From: a virus
Lineage: Duplodnaviria > Caudoviricetes
IMG/VR virus record: IMGVR_UViG_3300048855_000177
Coordinates: 1-48,817 of that record
Length of the DNA: 48,817 nucleotides
Strand: one strand, 5' to 3'
The notes beneath the pieces were generated by a model. The model worked only from the letters and a program-made list of their open reading frames with translations. It was not told the origin of the DNA and did no database searches. The stretch's first letter is position 1, and each line of letters begins with the position of its first letter. Of the stretch, positions 27,259 to 36,735 are shown piece after piece. The translations under genes were made by a program, and so were the position numbers.

Positions 27259-29202
27259 TTACGGGTTGCCGGGCGAATACGACCAGTCGGCGCCGTCGAT
27301 CCACTGGACCATGCCGGTACGGCGCATCGCCCAAGTAACGTCCAGCAGCATGCGCAGCGCGATGCTGGCGGTCTGGAACATCGACTGCACGGGGGCCGCA
27401 ACGACGTTCGGCGAACCGGCCGTGCCGATCTGCGCAGGCGACGTGTCTTCCATGTGAATGACCGCCTGCTCGCTCGCCTCGAATTCCGGCTGGTCTTCCA
27501 CCGCCGTTGCGAAGTCCGCAGCGTCGACCATGATCAGGCGGCCAGCCGGCACGTTGACGGAGGCGATCGCCGTGATGCCGGAGTCTGCCAGCATCTGACG
27601 CATCGACCCAAGCTTGTCGTCCGGACCTGGAACGAAGTTGAGCTTGCGAGCCTCGCGCTTGTTCATGAGCAGGACGAGGTTGCGACCGGCCTTGGCCGTA
27701 TCGAAGGGCGCCGCCAGCGTGTCGATGTCCTGCATGATCGCCGCCCATCCCCCATCGGTGGAAGCGGTCAGGGCCGAGACGCCATACAACAGGCCTGCCG
27801 GCCGGGTGCTCGACCCGACCGTGGCGTCGATCAACAGGGTGTCGATGGTGTCGGCAGTGTCGCCGCGAATTTCCTGACGCAGCAGACCTTCGATCTGCGG
27901 GTTGGAATACTTGGCAACTTCCTTCGTGAACACGCTGATCACGCCCATCTTGTGGGGCGTCAGGGTGGTGGACGTCAGACCGATACGGCGAACCGGGATC
28001 GGCGCGCCTTCGGCAACGAACGAGCCGCTGATCGAGGGCGTCGACGAGCGCGACGGGATCTTGATCTGGCCGCGGCCAGGTCCGAACTGCAGATTCGCGC
28101 CCAATGCGGCGAGGCGCGGGTAGAACGAAATGTCGCGCAGGGTCTCGAGAAACGCGACGGTTTCCGTTTCGATCAGTTCAGCAGCCCAGCCCGACACAGT
28201 CGTCTTGGCCGGATCGACAGCAGCGCGGACCAGGATGTTGGTAGCCTCATGATCGCGATAGCGCTCTTCGAGGATGGAGATGGGATCGCGCTGCGTTACC
28301 TGCGCCAGCATGGCGACGACAGCCTGGCGGATGATGAGGTCACCGGGCTTCGGCTCACGCTCTTTGACACCGAGCGGCTTGCGTGCGATCGGGGCGCCGG
28401 GCTTCGATGGTGCGGAGGCAGCGGCGGCAGCGCCATTCGCGAGAGACCGCTCGGCCTTCTTGAGCGAGTCGAGGCGAACCTGACGTTCGTTCATGACTCC
28501 TTCAAGGGTTTCGCCTTCGTCGATATCGTAGTCGTCCTGGCTGATGTGATCCTGATACGCGTCGCGTGCGACGGTATAGGCGGTCTGCGCATCTTCGATG
28601 CGCTGAGCAAGGGTCTTCATGGGTTTTGCTTTCTGAAATGGCGCGGCGGCTTTGCCGGTGATGCGCGGGTCATTCGAGGCGGCGTGCTTGCCGGGGGCAG
28701 TCAAATCCCGTTGGCCGGGGTCGGCTTGCTCGCCAAAGGCCATCTGGATTGTAGATTCGGAGATTTGCAGTGCGCGCGCTTTCGCGAGCGCATTGGTGTT
28801 GGATCCGACCGACACCAACGAAATTTCGTGAAGCTCCTGCTTCTCGTAGTCGAATCCGGTCTTGCCGGCCTTGCCGATTTCGAGAACGCTGAAACCGACA
28901 GAGGCGGCGCGAAGGACGCCCTGCTCGACCAAGCCAATGAGCTCGTCGATGCGAGCGCTTGTTCCCTTGGCGGCCATCCTAAGCTTGGCCATGACCTTGT
29001 CGCCGACCAGACGCGGCGGATCCCAGCGACCAATCGGATAGTCGCTGTTGTGGCCGAACAGCGCGATCGGGTTCCGGTTGAAATTCGAGAAGTCCCAGCC
29101 CCTCGGATTGATGCGCGTGCCATGCCGATCGAGGCTGCCGTCGGAAATGACGAAGTCCAGTCCGTCGCCGTCAGTGACGGCAACGCGGTGAACGATAGTC
29201 AT
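27259..29202 (-). CDS. Prohead protease-major capsid protein fusion (HK97 family)
   Basis: N-terminal protease motifs DRHG, NPIALFGH, SVGF, ELHEISLVSVGSN; C-terminal capsid FVAEGAPIP...TLTPHKMGVI. Confidence 0.92.
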   Translation of the reverse strand: MTIVHRVAVTDGDGLDFVISDGSLDRHGTRINPRGWDFSNFNRNPIALFGHNSDYPIGRWDPPRLVGDKVMAKLRMAAKGTSARIDELIGLVEQGVLRAASVGFSVLEIGKAGKTGFDYEKQELHEISLVSVGSNTNALAKARALQISESTIQMAFGEQADPGQRDLTAPGKHAASNDPRITGKAAAPFQKAKPMKTLAQRIEDAQTAYTVARDAYQDHISQDDYDIDEGETLEGVMNERQVRLDSLKKAERSLANGAAAAASAPSKPGAPIARKPLGVKEREPKPGDLIIRQAVVAMLAQVTQRDPISILEERYRDHEATNILVRAAVDPAKTTVSGWAAELIETETVAFLETLRDISFYPRLAALGANLQFGPGRGQIKIPSRSSTPSISGSFVAEGAPIPVRRIGLTSTTLTPHKMGVISVFTKEVAKYSNPQIEGLLRQEIRGDTADTIDTLLIDATVGSSTRPAGLLYGVSALTASTDGGWAAIMQDIDTLAAPFDTAKAGRNLVLLMNKREARKLNFVPGPDDKLGSMRQMLADSGITAIASVNVPAGRLIMVDAADFATAVEDQPEFEASEQAVIHMEDTSPAQIGTAGSPNVVAAPVQSMFQTASIALRMLLDVTWAMRRTGMVQWIDGADWSYSPGNP

Positions 29203-29220
29203 GGTAGAATTCCTCTTCGC

Positions 29221-30915
29221 TCAGCCGAGCATGCCGGCGACTTCGAGCTGCGCTTTCGCTTCTGGATTGCGCGACATCAGCATCACCGCATTGAACGCAG
29301 CGATAAGCGGATCGATCTTGGCTTTGCCGGCCATCTGCTTGGTGACGAGCACGGCGTTGCCGCGCTTCTCGACCTTTGCGTTACCGACCACCCAGTTCAT
29401 CAGAGCAGAGCCGTCGTGTTCGATCGTGCCGTCGGCGAGCTTGCGCTCGAGCCCGAGCACCGCGCCGTTCAGCTTGTAGCCCTGCGCAATGCCCTGCAGC
29501 TGCTTCTCTTCAATGCCGCGGGACACCATCTCTTCGATCATCGCCGTGACGCCGAAGGGATCGAGTCCGATCGCGGCCTCTTCAGGAAGCAACCCAGCCT
29601 TCTGCACACGCTCAATGATGTCGGCCAGCTCCTCAACATCCTGCGTTGGGTATTGGCAGATCGTGAGTGACTTCTCTTTCTCGAAGTCTCGCAGCCGCGG
29701 TGCGATTTCCTGACGAAGCTTGAGCACATCCGGCTGACACCACGCATGAGCCCAAAGGAGCCATTTCCGTGTGTCGCGATCTCGGCCCAGCAAAACCAAG
29801 CCGAGCAAATCGTCCAGGCCGCCGCCATCGCCGCCGATCACAACCACGTCGCAGCGCGCGAGCAGCACGTCGAGATCACGGAGCGTCTTGTTTGCGCAGC
29901 GCTCCCAGTAATTGGCGCCAGCCCAGCGATTGTTCGCGAGCCGCAGCCCTATCTCAACGTTCAGATGTTTGGCGAGATAGACCTGATACTCGCCGCCGGT
30001 CGCGTCCTTGACCTTCTTGAGCTCATCAACCAGCCACTCCGCATCGACCGATCGGCCAATATTGGGGTTGGTCACATAGAAGAATGCCGGATCGAGATAG
30101 GACTCGGCCTCGATCATCTTTTCCGGGAACTCGTAAAGCACCGGAAGGCTTTTGCGATCCTCGATTTTGCCGTCCCGCACATTGCGGAAATAGTCGAGCT
30201 TTGCCTTGAATACGCCGGCCGGCTCAGCGTCCGACTGGGTCGATAGATAGATAACGAAGCCTTCGGGCCGCGAGACCTGGCCGCCTGTCGCCTCGCGAAG
30301 CATCGCGTCGGCATGAGGTTTCTTGCCGAATAGCCAGAGCTCGTCGATCAGGATGAAGACGGCCTTCTTGCCGGACACCGTCTCGTTGTCGGCTGCAACC
30401 ACCTTCAGGAAGGCGTTTGTCGTCCTATGCGTGATGGTCCGCGTGCTGTCCTGAATGTGAAGAATACCGCCCTGAAACCAATCCAGCTCCGGGTCAGCGC
30501 GGATCATATCGCGCGCAGGCTTAAACGCGTTGTCAGCGATCTCGATGGTTGGCGCCAAGATCAGCAGTTCAGCGGAATGTCGCCAGTTGCGGATCAGCGC
30601 CGTCACCATGATGCCGGCGGCGATGGTCGATTTGCTGTTCTTCTTGCTTATCAGCAGGAAGAACTCGCGGATCAATTGCCGAGCGGTCGTTCGATTAAAG
30701 GCGCCGAAGATGGCGGCGACAAAATCAAAGACCCAAGGCTTGCATGACTCGCCGAATGTCGGTTGGCCCGGCGCATCGACGATTTTCAGCGACTTAAAGA
30801 CTGCGAGCGCAGCCGCAGCCTCATCGGCGAATATCGGGCTCGGTATGAGCGAGCGCTGCTCGACGATCCTCTCTCGCCAGTCGATGCACGACGTCGTCCA
30901 CTGCGGTTCAAGCAT
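29221..30915 (-). CDS. terL: Terminase large subunit
   Basis: Walker [10 protein letters not shown], Walker B FILIDELW, nuclease [10 protein letters not shown] and KIDPLIA. Confidence 0.95.
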   Translation of the reverse strand: MLEPQWTTSCIDWRERIVEQRSLIPSPIFADEAAAALAVFKSLKIVDAPGQPTFGESCKPWVFDFVAAIFGAFNRTTARQLIREFFLLISKKNSKSTIAAGIMVTALIRNWRHSAELLILAPTIEIADNAFKPARDMIRADPELDWFQGGILHIQDSTRTITHRTTNAFLKVVAADNETVSGKKAVFILIDELWLFGKKPHADAMLREATGGQVSRPEGFVIYLSTQSDAEPAGVFKAKLDYFRNVRDGKIEDRKSLPVLYEFPEKMIEAESYLDPAFFYVTNPNIGRSVDAEWLVDELKKVKDATGGEYQVYLAKHLNVEIGLRLANNRWAGANYWERCANKTLRDLDVLLARCDVVVIGGDGGGLDDLLGLVLLGRDRDTRKWLLWAHAWCQPDVLKLRQEIAPRLRDFEKEKSLTICQYPTQDVEELADIIERVQKAGLLPEEAAIGLDPFGVTAMIEEMVSRGIEEKQLQGIAQGYKLNGAVLGLERKLADGTIEHDGSALMNWVVGNAKVEKRGNAVLVTKQMAGKAKIDPLIAAFNAVMLMSRNPEAKAQLEVAGMLG

Positions 30916-31484
30916 CAGTGCGTCGAAGCCACCTTAGGCGCTTCCGGCGGCGCATACTTGCTGCCGGGCTGGGCAACATTCTCGGCTGAACGCTGCCGCT
31001 GGGCCTTCTTGCCACCATCGATCGCCGCGCCGGACTCATTCAGCGTCTTGGCTGCGAGCGCGAGAGACTTCAGCACTTCGGCACGCTGCTTGAGCGAGAT
31101 CGCCTGGTTCAAGGCTTCCCTCGCCTTGACCTTGTCTTCCCCATCCACGGCGGTGTCGATGATCATCTCCAGCTCACCGAGCTTAGAAGTGGTCGCGTCG
31201 AGCTCATCAAGCAATCGAAGGGTCAGGTTCCGGCCGCGACCGACGATCGCTTCAGGGCTGGTCGTCTCCGGTGTGACCGGGGTCTGAACTATGGTGATGG
31301 TCCGTGGCTCGGTACGCACTTCAGGGTGCGTACCAACCTTGACCCATTCTTCTTTCTTCGCGCGCTTTCGAATAGCGCCTTCCGAGATCGAATACCAAGC
31401 CGCCAGTTCGCGGTTAGACATTGAATCTGCGATGTAATCTCGCTTGATGCCTGCCCAGTCGACAGGCTTTTTATCATCCGCCAT
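30915..31484 (-). CDS. terS: Terminase small subunit
   Basis: N-terminal [12 protein letters not shown]...[23 protein letters not shown]; coupled to terL; ends KYAPPEAPK. Confidence 0.8.
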   Translation of the reverse strand: MADDKKPVDWAGIKRDYIADSMSNRELAAWYSISEGAIRKRAKKEEWVKVGTHPEVRTEPRTITIVQTPVTPETTSPEAIVGRGRNLTLRLLDELDATTSKLGELEMIIDTAVDGEDKVKAREALNQAISLKQRAEVLKSLALAAKTLNESGAAIDGGKKAQRQRSAENVAQPGSKYAPPEAPKVASTH

Positions 31485-31488
31485 TGCT

Positions 31489-31606
31489 AGTACGCAGAGC
31501 AGTACGCACCCTCAATTTCTCCACCCAGGAAAAAATCTGCACATGAGTAGGGCGCCGGTCCGGGCTAAAACCTGATGGAACTTTTGTTCCACCCCCCCGG
31601 TCGGGT
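31489..31606 (-). other. Putative cos/packaging site
   Basis: Intergenic between HNH and terS; minus strand G7 run, AAAAGT, GACCGGCGCCC, GATTTTTT, plus AGTACGCA repeats. Confidence 0.5.
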
Positions 31607-31718
31607 TCCATATGTTGCCTAAATGACACATCTGGTTCCATAGTCGCATAAATGCAACATAGGCTCCGACTTCGGGTTCCTGGCATACATTATACCAGAC
31701 GGTCGATCGGCCCTGCAC

Positions 31719-32081
31719 TCAGGGGTACCGCGTCCGCTCCTCCGATTGAATGAGGCCGTCATGAACAGCCTTTGTGACGGTTTCCAAATTCGAGATGTCC
31801 CAGAACAGCGTCGGGTCGCCTCGATGCGGGATCTTGTGGGTGGCCACCGGGCTATGCGGCGCAGGGTATCGGCCTATGGCCAAGTCACCTGACCGCTGGC
31901 ATCGATAGGAGTCACGAAGGAACACCTCGTGCCGCAGCTGCTGCCATCGCTTCGTCTTGTACCACTGGCGCCATGGCGCCATCCGGTTGCGGGACAGGTC
32001 GGCAGCGACAGCGTCGCCTGGTGCATACGATAGGCGCGGCGGCTTTGTGGTCAGCAAGGGCTTCAGCAACTTCAAGCCCAC
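31719..32081 (-). CDS. HNH endonuclease (HK97 gp74-like terminase cofactor)
   Basis: WYKTKRWQQLR...RDSYRCQ...HKIPHRGD..LFWD..NL...H; upstream of terS. Confidence 0.8.
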   Translation of the reverse strand: MGLKLLKPLLTTKPPRLSYAPGDAVAADLSRNRMAPWRQWYKTKRWQQLRHEVFLRDSYRCQRSGDLAIGRYPAPHSPVATHKIPHRGDPTLFWDISNLETVTKAVHDGLIQSEERTRYP

Positions 32082-32128
32082 AAGGTCTCTCCTGCCTGTG
32101 CTTACCCTCACGCCTATAGGCGCGCCGA

Positions 32129-32365
32129 TCAATCGGCTTGGGCAGGGTTCATCTCGCTCGGCGACGTGTCCACCGGATGCATCAGGATGTCGTCTGCCTT
32201 GTCGATTACCGGCTCACCGAACATCATGCGCATATGCTCTCGCCTGCGCTTGATCCGGGCCTTGCCGCCATCTGTGGTCTTGGGCGTGAAGGCTACTCGG
32301 ATGACGTTGTGAGCGTCGATAGGCTGGTTGCCCTGCATCTCTACGTCACCGATGAAGTAGGGCAT
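32129..32365 (-). CDS. Hypothetical protein
   Basis: ORF in late-operon orientation; start uncertain. Confidence 0.45.
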   Translation of the reverse strand: MPYFIGDVEMQGNQPIDAHNVIRVAFTPKTTDGGKARIKRRREHMRMMFGEPVIDKADDILMHPVDTSPSEMNPAQAD

Positions 32366-32451
32366 GAAAGGAACATCGATGCCAATAAGCCATACTGGAC
32401 AACAGCATGGCTCGATGAAAGCATTCGCGATTGCAACAAAAGGAGAATCAG

Positions 32452-32772
32452 ATGGCCAAGAAAGCCAAGAAGGCCGCGAAGAAGTCGAAAGTCACTAGGA
32501 CAGCTAAGGCTCTGAAGACCGCGAAGAAGGCAACGACAAAGAAAGCAGCGACCAAGAAGCCTGCGAAGAAGTCTGCCGTAAAGAAGAGTGCGACTTTCGG
32601 TACTCGGCAATGGACACCAGAGGTCGTGAAAGAGCTGAAGGTGCTCATCAAGCAGAACACACCGACCCCGCTCATCGCATCAAAGCTGGACCGGTCAGTG
32701 GCCTCCATCCGCAACAAGGTCAATGAGCTAGGCTTATCGTTGAAGCCGACGAACAGGTCGCCGGCCGACTGA
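32452..32772 (+). CDS. Histone H1-like Lys/Ala-rich protein with C-terminal Myb/HTH-like domain (moron)
   Basis: AAGGAG RBS; MAKKAKKAAKKSK...KKPAKK then WTPEVVKELK...NTPTPLIASKLDRSVASIRNK. Confidence 0.8.
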   Translation: MAKKAKKAAKKSKVTRTAKALKTAKKATTKKAATKKPAKKSAVKKSATFGTRQWTPEVVKELKVLIKQNTPTPLIASKLDRSVASIRNKVNELGLSLKPTNRSPAD

Positions 32773-32961
32773 TTATCCCGCCTTGGTGCCATAGAGTTTA
32801 CAGCCGACGTTCTTGAGGAACTGTCGTTCAAAGGCATCAAGGCGTGGGTCGTCGACGCTCGCCACGACAATCCCCTGATCGTTGAAGGCGTGAACCTTTA
32901 TGGCGTGATGATCGACAGAATGACCGATTGCTCGGGTCGGATAGTTGGTGTGCAGCGACAT
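32773..32961 (-). CDS. Small hypothetical protein, first gene after putative late promoter
   Basis: MSLHTNYPTRAIG...LKNVGCKLYG. Confidence 0.5.
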   Translation of the reverse strand: MSLHTNYPTRAIGHSVDHHAIKVHAFNDQGIVVASVDDPRLDAFERQFLKNVGCKLYGTKAG

Positions 32962-32985
32962 TACATAGCTGTGCCCATAGATGCG

Positions 32986-33015
32986 AAAACCCGCCACGGC
33001 GTGTGCCGGGCGGGT
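32986..33015 (-). terminator. Rho-independent terminator (tR'-like)
   Basis: Minus strand ACCCGCC-CGGC-ACAC-GCCG-T-GGCGGGT-TTT. Confidence 0.65.
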
Positions 33016-33087
33016 CAACTCTTTCAGACGAATCTGGATTGTCCCTACTATGTCAACAGAGCTACCCCAAAGCAAGCGCTTTGTTAG

Positions 33088-34017
33088 TTACTCACAGCCG
33101 GCCTGCATACGATCAACCTCAAGGGCTCGGCGAAGCGGCGGACGGGCGCGAGGACGCTGCGGCTTCAGGGGTAGCGTCCCATATGCGGCCACACTGTTTC
33201 GCCCATTCGGCATTACCGGAATGACGCGTGACACAGGCTCCGGCTCGGCGCCGTCGAACCACGGCGTCATTGAAGCCTTGGGCGGAAGAGGTACGAACTT
33301 CTCCAGCATTAGCGTTTCGCTCAGCACCACCAACCCTCGGTGCCAAGCGGCATAGTCGGCACGGCTCTGGACAACCGTCATGGCTGTCGGCTCATAGCGC
33401 AACGGGCAGAACGAACCAACCGTGTAGAGATCCTTGCCCCTGCACTCGCCGACGATCTTTGCATTGGCGCCGGTTTCGGACTTCATCCGCTTCGGTTGCG
33501 GCTGCTCTTCGTACCAGTCAGGCCGGGTCGCTCGCATGGCATGGGACGCGACCAATACGTCAGTCCGTATCCCGCCGACCAAGATCACGTCCCGCGGACG
33601 GTCGCGGTAAAGACGCTCCGCACCAGGCCCAAACATACCGCGCAGGGCGCGATCACCAGCCTTGCCCCAACCCACCTGCGGAACCTTCTTCGGCGCAGTC
33701 GAAGGCGCCACGTCATTGATCGTGACCAGTCCGCCGAGATCGCCGGCAATGAAATCGATGCTCTCTTCCCAATCGATGACGAGCACTTCTAGCGCGGCCA
33801 CTGCTTTTTCGATCCGCTCGGCGTCCGGATCAGGCAAGCCGAAATGAGCATAGCGCTGCGCACCACCATCGCCACGGTCCACCCCGCCATGATGCTGGTT
33901 CTCCTGAATCCGGTTCCAAATACCCTCGGCTGCCGAGATGTTCTTCTTTGGCAGCTCGTCGCGGAATGCCCAACGCAACAGCAACTCGATATCCATCTCG
34001 GTTTTGACCGCGCTCAT
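33088..34017 (-). CDS. Hypothetical protein, candidate late-gene regulator (Q-position)
   Basis: MDIELLLRWAFRDELPK; last early gene, followed by promoter-like TTGACA and a terminator. Confidence 0.6.
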   Translation of the reverse strand: MSAVKTEMDIELLLRWAFRDELPKKNISAAEGIWNRIQENQHHGGVDRGDGGAQRYAHFGLPDPDAERIEKAVAALEVLVIDWEESIDFIAGDLGGLVTINDVAPSTAPKKVPQVGWGKAGDRALRGMFGPGAERLYRDRPRDVILVGGIRTDVLVASHAMRATRPDWYEEQPQPKRMKSETGANAKIVGECRGKDLYTVGSFCPLRYEPTAMTVVQSRADYAAWHRGLVVLSETLMLEKFVPLPPKASMTPWFDGAEPEPVSRVIPVMPNGRNSVAAYGTLPLKPQRPRARPPLRRALEVDRMQAGCE

Positions 34018-34099
34018 TTCCCTGCTTCCTATCTTCGATAATTCAGACTGACGCGGTACGCTTAGAGTTCATTAACCAGCGGCTGCGCATGGTCGGCGA

Positions 34100-34381
34100 A
34101 TGGGCGACCGCGACAGTCTGCAGAAGGCCAGGTATTGCCGAGCCGTCATGGGGACGGCTACCATCAGCGATATCGACCAGGCGCGACACCTGATCGGTTG
34201 CTTGGTCACAGAGCCTCCCACCGCAAACGCATCGCCTGCAGTCCAGGCCGCAGAGGCGCATGCATTGGCATCGATCGCGACGCTTCATGAACGGCTTGCA
34301 ATGGCGAGCACCGCTGCGGCGGCTGGCGAGTGGAAGCTCGCCGAAGACGCCGTTCGACGCTGGATCGAAGCTGCCGATTAA
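34100..34381 (+). CDS. Hypothetical protein (moron orientation)
   Basis: 93-aa helical ORF fitting between two minus-strand genes. Confidence 0.5.
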   Translation: MGDRDSLQKARYCRAVMGTATISDIDQARHLIGCLVTEPPTANASPAVQAAEAHALASIATLHERLAMASTAAAAGEWKLAEDAVRRWIEAAD

Positions 34382-34383
34382 CC

Positions 34384-35316
34384 TCATGCTGCATCCTCGG
34401 CTGATGTGGGAATACGTTCGCCGGTGGCTTCGTCGAAACCTTCAGGCCACAACGTGGGGAAATCCCACCCGACCTGCACCCGGCCTTCCGCATCCTTGCG
34501 TTCGCGGGTAGGCGTACCGCGCGGCGCATAGACGACCTGCCAAGCGTTCCATTCGGTAGTGCCCTGCACGACGAAGACCTTGGACGAGACGATCTGCAGG
34601 TTTTCAGGCGCAGCCTTGGCGTGAGCCTCTCGAACCGCTGCATCGCAGTAGATCAGCGAAACCATGTCGTCCTTGCGCTTCAGGATCGGTGTCACAGCAG
34701 TCGAGATCGTGCCTATGGCGATGCCGTCGAGCAGCCAAGTCTTGATCGGCCGCAGGTCTGGAGGGTCTCGGTACAGGTTCTTGCACACCGCCGTGAACTG
34801 AGCAGTCAGGACCGCTTCGTTCTTCAAACCATTTTCATCAAGCGAGCGCGCCTCTGCTGCTGCTTCTGGAGAATGGTTTTTGGAATATGGCTTCTGGGCT
34901 TTATCCTTACCGTTATCCTGGGGGTTAACCCCTCCGTTATCCTCCCCTTTAAGCTGGGGATTACCTCCCCCTTTACCGTTCTGCCGATCTTTCTCCGCTT
35001 TAGCTTTATCCCGGACCATTCGCCGGGAATAGATCACCTTGTTTTCATCCTCGCTGTAGACTCCGGCCGACGCCAGTTCGAGCAGGTACTTCATGCATTC
35101 ACCCTGTGAGATGCCTGCAAGCGACGCCAACTGGCGCGCGACCACCTTCTTGCCGGATATGAGGAGGTGACCGTACGGCTCGGCCTCATGCATCACGCAA
35201 AGCATCTCGGCCCACAGGCCGCGGGCGCCGATCGAGCACATGCGCAGCTTGGCGTCTCCACGCCAATCCTGCGGATAGAACTTGAACCAAGGCTGTTTGT
35301 CTTTCGGCTTTGCCAC
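34384..35316 (-). CDS. Phage replication initiator (YdaU/DUF1376-like N-terminus)
   Basis: PWFKFYPQDWRGD..LRMCSIGARGLW..MLC.MH...IYSRRMVRD...NGKGGGNP; internal repeats. Confidence 0.8.
   Translation of the reverse strand: MAKPKDKQPWFKFYPQDWRGDAKLRMCSIGARGLWAEMLCVMHEAEPYGHLLISGKKVVARQLASLAGISQGECMKYLLELASAGVYSEDENKVIYSRRMVRDKAKAEKDRQNGKGGGNPQLKGEDNGGVNPQDNGKDKAQKPYSKNHSPEAAAEARSLDENGLKNEAVLTAQFTAVCKNLYRDPPDLRPIKTWLLDGIAIGTISTAVTPILKRKDDMVSLIYCDAAVREAHAKAAPENLQIVSSKVFVVQGTTEWNAWQVVYAPRGTPTRERKDAEGRVQVGWDFPTLWPEGFDEATGERIPTSAEDAA
34901..35010. repeat. Iteron-like repeats, putative replication origin within the initiator gene
   Basis: TTATCC at 34901, 34913, 34937, 35005; CCGTTATCCT twice; perfect palindrome GGGGTTAACCCC at 34921-34932. 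Confidence 0.5.
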
Positions 35317-35336
35317 GATAGATAGCTTTCTGCCCG

Positions 35337-35609
35337 TCAGAGCATGTTGAGCGCGCTCAGATAGGTCTCGAGGATCGTTTCCTGCTCGGCCCGCTCGTTC
35401 GCATCCTGCTTGCGCATGCGGATGATGGTGCGCAGGGCCTTCACGTCGTAGCCATTGCCTTTGGCTTCTCCGTAGATGTCCCTGATGTCGTCGGAGATGA
35501 CCTTCTTCTCCTCCTCCAGACGCTCAATACGCTCCACGATCGCCTTCAGCTGATCCTTGGCGAAGCTATGGGTGGCCTGGTCGTCGATGCCGGTATTATT
35601 GCTGGCCAT
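35337..35609 (-). CDS. gapR: GapR-like DUF2312 (UPF0335) DNA-binding protein
   Basis: [47 protein letters not shown]. Confidence 0.92.
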   Translation of the reverse strand: MASNNTGIDDQATHSFAKDQLKAIVERIERLEEEKKVISDDIRDIYGEAKGNGYDVKALRTIIRMRKQDANERAEQETILETYLSALNML

Positions 35610-35659
35610 GTCCGTCCCTCCCCCTTGGCGAGACTTTCGGTCTCTGCGATAGATGATCG

Positions 35660-35890
35660 ATGAGAAAAAAGCGTATCTCCGCAGAGGACCTCGCCTTCCT
35701 GATCGTCGAACGGCTCAGGGAAAACGATCCGGTTGCCACGCACCACACGGCGATAGCCATAGTCCCTCACAGGACCTTGGGCTGGGCAGTAGTGATTCCG
35801 CGCCGGGCTACCCGCAAGTACGCAGATGACGCTCAGCAGATTGATCGCATACAGACCGACCTGCGGAAGCTCTATTATGTGGCAGAGTGA
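35660..35890 (+). CDS. Hypothetical protein (moron orientation)
   Basis: 76-aa [18 protein letters not shown] exactly filling a gap in the minus-strand operon. Confidence 0.55.
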   Translation: MRKKRISAEDLAFLIVERLRENDPVATHHTAIAIVPHRTLGWAVVIPRRATRKYADDAQQIDRIQTDLRKLYYVAE

Positions 35891-35892
35891 TG

Positions 35893-36231
35893 TCACCCCT
35901 CGGCCCTCCCCTTAAATGGCTGGACCGGCTCCGGTGGCGCAAGACGAGCGACGATGGCGGTGCGGACGATCTCGCGGGAGGCGGCCGGCATCTCGTAGCC
36001 TTCGCCCCAGCGGGCGTTGATTACGACACCGAGGTTGTCCAGCTTCTCCCGCATTTCACGGATGTGCCGGCGCACGATGACCCGCTGACTCTGCGGCTGC
36101 GCGCGGGTCGCAGACGCGTCCAGCAACTGCTGATGCGTGATGGCGCCGCCAGGCGCGTCGAGCAGCGTCAGGAGGATGCGGCGCTGCGCTCCATGAATCT
36201 GCCATTCGTTCGGGAGGATAGCGTCTGACAT
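35893..36231 (-). CDS. Winged-helix protein (OmpR C-terminal-like)
   Basis: RRILLTLL...ITHQQLLD...IVRRHIREMREKL...INARWGEGY. Confidence 0.75.
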   Translation of the reverse strand: MSDAILPNEWQIHGAQRRILLTLLDAPGGAITHQQLLDASATRAQPQSQRVIVRRHIREMREKLDNLGVVINARWGEGYEMPAASREIVRTAIVARLAPPEPVQPFKGRAEG

Positions 36232-36232
36232 G

Positions 36233-36439
36233 TCAGGGGCCTTCCTTGGCGGGGATATTGGCGAACGACAGCGGCACCACTGGTAGCTTCCCACTCTCCC
36301 ATGAGATGATGCTGAAGCCCGGGACTTCCGCTGGCTCGACATAGCTCCAGCCGGCGTCGTAGAGGCCCTGGAGCTCCGTATCGTGGATTTGGAGCACCTG
36401 ATAACGGGTCAGTGCAACCTTCTCTGCTGTCTGGGTCAT
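36233..36439 (-). CDS. Hypothetical protein
   Basis: Coupled ORF with GGAGGG RBS. Confidence 0.6.
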   Translation of the reverse strand: MTQTAEKVALTRYQVLQIHDTELQGLYDAGWSYVEPAEVPGFSIISWESGKLPVVPLSFANIPAKEGP

Positions 36440-36735
36440 GATCCCTCCGCGAGACGAGCCGCCGCTTCACCGGCGATAGCCGACCAGCCAGCAGCATCAA
36501 TGTGATTGTCGAGCCGCAGCGGCCCTGTGTATGCCCTCGCCTGCTTCAGCGAGACCATCATCTGTGCGACGTCGTGCTCGTTCAGCGGACGAGCCGGTGC
36601 CTTGCCGGCGATAGCGAGCAGCCCATTCCACATCAGCGCGATGCGAGCCAAGCCATTAAGCACGTCGCCATAGGCTTCCTTGCGGTCGCCGCCGACGAGC
36701 TCAGCTGCTTTCAAAGCGATAGCTTCGGCCTTCAT
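36436..36735 (-). CDS. DUF6378-like phage protein
   Basis: AAELVGGDRKEAYGD...RIALMW...DVAQMM..LK.AR...DNHIDAAGW. Confidence 0.75.
   Translation of the reverse strand: MKAEAIALKAAELVGGDRKEAYGDVLNGLARIALMWNGLLAIAGKAPARPLNEHDVAQMMVSLKQARAYTGPLRLDNHIDAAGWSAIAGEAAARLAEGS

Noticed and set aside
27454-29670. 738-aa plus-strand ORF
   Set aside because: Antisense shadow of the capsid and terminase genes in GC-rich DNA; no recognisable motifs
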